The notes under the pieces were generated by a model. It saw nothing but the letters and a program-made list of their open reading frames with translations. It was not told the DNA's origin and made no database searches. From positions 287,459 through 351,458 of the forward strand of contig CBDBDN010000008.1 of the NCBI GenBank assembly GCA_965203855.1: a DNA stretch of 64,000 nt. Reading direction: 5' to 3'. Position 1 is the stretch's first letter. Each line of letters begins with the position of its first letter. The position numbers and the translations under genes were made by a program. This document shows positions 62,061 to 64,000 of this stretch, in pieces. The DNA comes from Dehalococcoidia bacterium (GTDB lineage: Bacteria; Chloroflexota; Dehalococcoidia; Lucifugimonadales; UBA3495).

Positions 62061-62496
62061 CATCGTATTTTTCTCCGATGAGAACTTGGGGCGGCAAGCT
62101 TTCCCATCGCCGTTGCTGGACGCCGGCGTGCCGTTGCACGTTTTCCACACCATCTTTGCCAGTGGCATTGCGGACACTGATTGGATCCCGATAGTTGCTC
62201 AACGCGGATGGATTGCGCTTACTACCGATGCGCGGCTGCGGTATAAGCCAAGTGAGCGGGACGCTATAATGGAGGCTAATCTGGGTGTCATTGTACTGGT
62301 CAGCGGAAACACGCATCTGGAAAAAGCCACAATTTTCCTGCAATCGCGCAACCGCATCATCAGTTTCATCCGCTACCACGAATCGCCCTTTATCGCCCGT
62401 TTATACCATATGAGTACGAGTTTGCTTACATCAACGGCGCGCTGGAGGCTCGGAATGCAGCCGGATTTCCGCCGATTCCGGGGTTCCCCAAGCTGA
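62032..62496 (+). CDS. DUF5615-type PIN-like toxin candidate (VapC45-like)
   Basis: LDIVFFSDENLGRQAFPSPLLDAGVPLHVF...DWIPIVAQRGWIALTTDARL. The ATG at 62032 overlaps the antitoxin 3' end. The last ~30 codons overlap coding-looking sequence in another frame, so the 3' end is uncertain. Confidence 0.55.
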   Translation: MPYTTNWPLDIVFFSDENLGRQAFPSPLLDAGVPLHVFHTIFASGIADTDWIPIVAQRGWIALTTDARLRYKPSERDAIMEANLGVIVLVSGNTHLEKATIFLQSRNRIISFIRYHESPFIARLYHMSTSLLTSTARWRLGMQPDFRRFRGSPS

Positions 62497-62543
62497 CGCA
62501 GCAATACCGCTCCTGCCGGCTGTTTCCCCTGTTTCAGAACCGG

Positions 62544-63077
62544 GTGATGAATCGCAGCCGGCCCGACCGGGCGGAATATCTACGGCGTTTGGGATTGCCA
62601 GGGGACGCCGATGCCATATCAGAGCTGGCGGCGTCCGGCGGGCCGCGGCGCACGGATACTTACCAGGTGTTTCCCGCCATCATTCCCGACGCCGGCGACG
62701 GCCGGTTCATCTATCGCTGCCTGCTGCACGGCTTGCGCCATGCCGGCCCCGATGCCGTTAAGCGCAGCAAAACATTGCAGCAGGGGGAATCCCTCTACTT
62801 GGCGTCCGACTTGGGTAATCCGACGGCGGAGCTGGCGGTCAAGGTAGCAACCGGGGATGGCCAGCATATCGGCTGGATACCGCGCTACCTCGTTGATGAT
62901 TTGCGGCAGGACGGGAAATGGTTAGTTGCGGACGCCGAGGCTACGGTAGTACAAGTCAACCTGAACGGGCCATTAAGCCACCGCCTGCTGATCGACTTCA
63001 GCGGCAAACTCCCGCTCGACTTCAGCATGGAAAACTTGCCGCAGTACCGGCCCATCGCTACGCCGGCGGGCTACTGA
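62544..63077 (+). CDS. HIRAN domain protein, apparently 5'-truncated or frameshifted
   Basis: The HIRAN pattern is GESLYLASDLGNPTAELAVKVATGDGQHIGWIPRYLVDDL. Protein-like sequence continues upstream in frame from about 62409 without any start codon. Confidence 0.55.
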   Translation: MMNRSRPDRAEYLRRLGLPGDADAISELAASGGPRRTDTYQVFPAIIPDAGDGRFIYRCLLHGLRHAGPDAVKRSKTLQQGESLYLASDLGNPTAELAVKVATGDGQHIGWIPRYLVDDLRQDGKWLVADAEATVVQVNLNGPLSHRLLIDFSGKLPLDFSMENLPQYRPIATPAGY

Positions 63078-63112
63078 TTGAGACGACTGATTGATTGGGC
63101 GCAAGCTGCCCG

Positions 63113-63625
63113 CTACCCCGCCGGCGCCTCATGCGCCCAGCTAAAACCCTCCGCCGGTTCGTCAATCAGGCGCCATTGGGGCAGCATAAAGCCCTCCTCT
63201 ACCGGCTGGAAGGCCACCTCCACCCGCTTGCCGATGCCGACTTTCTCCTCTTGCTCCATATTGAAATCGCCGTCCACCAGGTTGCCGGTGATGCGTAGGC
63301 CATCGTGTTCGCCGGGCTCCCCGCGCTGCTCGTCCAGCTCTACCAGCACGATGGCGAAAGGCGTCAGGTCCCGGAAGCTGGGAATGACGGTATGCGCCAC
63401 TATCTGATAAGAGTAGATGATGCCTTTGCCGGAAACCTGCTGCCACTCCCAGTTAAGGGAAGCGCACCAGGGACAGCCCGGCCCCGGCTCGCCGCGCAGC
63501 CGCCCGCAGTCAACGCACTTTTTCACCACCAGCCGACCCTCGCCCGCCGCCTCAAAGTAGCCCTTGTACTCCGAATCGTTGTCCGGGATGCTCAAAGTGA
63601 TGCCCCGGTAGGTATAGTTTGCCAT
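63113..63625 (-). CDS. DUF35 OB-fold/zinc-ribbon protein (thiolase-associated)
   Basis: MANYTYRG...KKCVDCGRLRGEPGPGCPWC (rubredoxin-like zinc ribbon), then the OB fold GKGIIYSYQIV. It lies downstream of a thiolase-like gene, the usual pairing. The track start 63733 lies inside repeats. Confidence 0.7.
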   Translation of the reverse strand: MANYTYRGITLSIPDNDSEYKGYFEAAGEGRLVVKKCVDCGRLRGEPGPGCPWCASLNWEWQQVSGKGIIYSYQIVAHTVIPSFRDLTPFAIVLVELDEQRGEPGEHDGLRITGNLVDGDFNMEQEEKVGIGKRVEVAFQPVEEGFMLPQWRLIDEPAEGFSWAHEAPAG

Positions 63626-63643
63626 CGTCGCTGCTCCACGGCC

Positions 63644-63810
63644 GGATTCCGGCTTGCGCCGGAATGACGCAAAGGTAATTTGGAATGACGCAAGGGGAAT
63701 TGGAATGACGCAAGGGGAATTGGAATGACGCAAGGGGAATTGGAATGACGCAAGGGGAATTGGAATAACGCCGGAGAGATTGGAATGACGCCAGCGGAAT
63801 CGGAATGACC
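63644..63810. repeat. Repeat hairpin plus four perfect and three degenerate copies of a 20-nt unit
   Basis: GGATTCCGGC-TTGC-GCCGGAATGACG (63644-63669). TGGAATGACGCAAGGGGAAT occurs four times (63681-63760), followed by degenerate copies up to about 63810. Confidence 0.95.
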
Positions 63811-63827
63811 CCTGAGAAATAGGGCGG

Positions 63828-64000
63828 TCAGCTCAGCACACTCCCCATAATCAGAGAACTGCCCACTGCCGGCGTTCCCCAGCCCATGTTCATGCTGATT
63901 TTCGCGTCGCGCACCTGGCGGCAGCCCCCCTCGCTGTAATCGTAGCTATGCTCCCCATCGGCGGCGCCGGGACAGTAGTCGTCCACCGTCCCCCGCAGCT
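63828..64000 (-). CDS. Thiolase-like protein, C-terminal end (gene runs off the right edge)
   Basis: Reverse translation ends ...ISMNMGWGTPAVGSSLIMGSVLS* with the stop at 63828-63830. The adjacent DUF35 partner supports a thiolase/SCP-x-type call. Confidence 0.5.
   Translation of the reverse strand, partial: LRGTVDDYCPGAADGEHSYDYSEGGCRQVRDAKISMNMGWGTPAVGSSLIMGSVLS

Overview
High-GC bacterial chromosome segment (about 65% GC from hand-counted lines). The gene content looks Chloroflexota- or Actinobacteria-like: HemQ/ChdC, RNase J, an F420-type LLM oxidoreductase, three DinB/mycothiol-type proteins, DUF5679 and many Uma2 genes. That taxonomic guess is inference only. I support about 57 protein-coding loci, one tRNA-Ser(GCU), several sigma70-like promoters and hairpin terminators, and a pervasive intergenic repeat family. 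Housekeeping blocks are miaB-nadA, yceD-rpmF-fabD-nusB-acpP-udg-rnj-ftsK, and argH-rpe-rpmB. They are interleaved with accessory or defence-like modules: an Mrr-type nuclease; two diverged DNA methyltransferase-HNH fusion genes; four tandem mosaic Uma2 endonuclease paralogs; an AT-richer three-gene island (Type IIG-like N6A methylase candidate, a 92-aa ORF, and a sacsin/NOV-type GHKL ATPase-DUF3883 nuclease giant); a decayed HEPN/MNT pair coupled to unknown genes and a DUF4268-like nuclease; and a DUF433/PIN-like TA pair with a HIRAN gene. Other notable observations: (1) a peroxiredoxin with an in-frame TGA exactly at the peroxidatic Cys, a selenoprotein candidate that the ORF track splits; (2) a 21-nt poly-C tract that splits a GT-C glycosyltransferase gene; (3) three conserved genes (ftsK, a CoA-transferase, MNT) each broken by one extra C/G in a short homopolymer, which suggests assembly error rather than decay; (4) mosaic repeats built from the hairpin ATTCCGGC-N4-GCCGGAAT plus 20-21-nt GTCATTCC units. 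All protein family calls rest on recognised motifs only. No database search was run.
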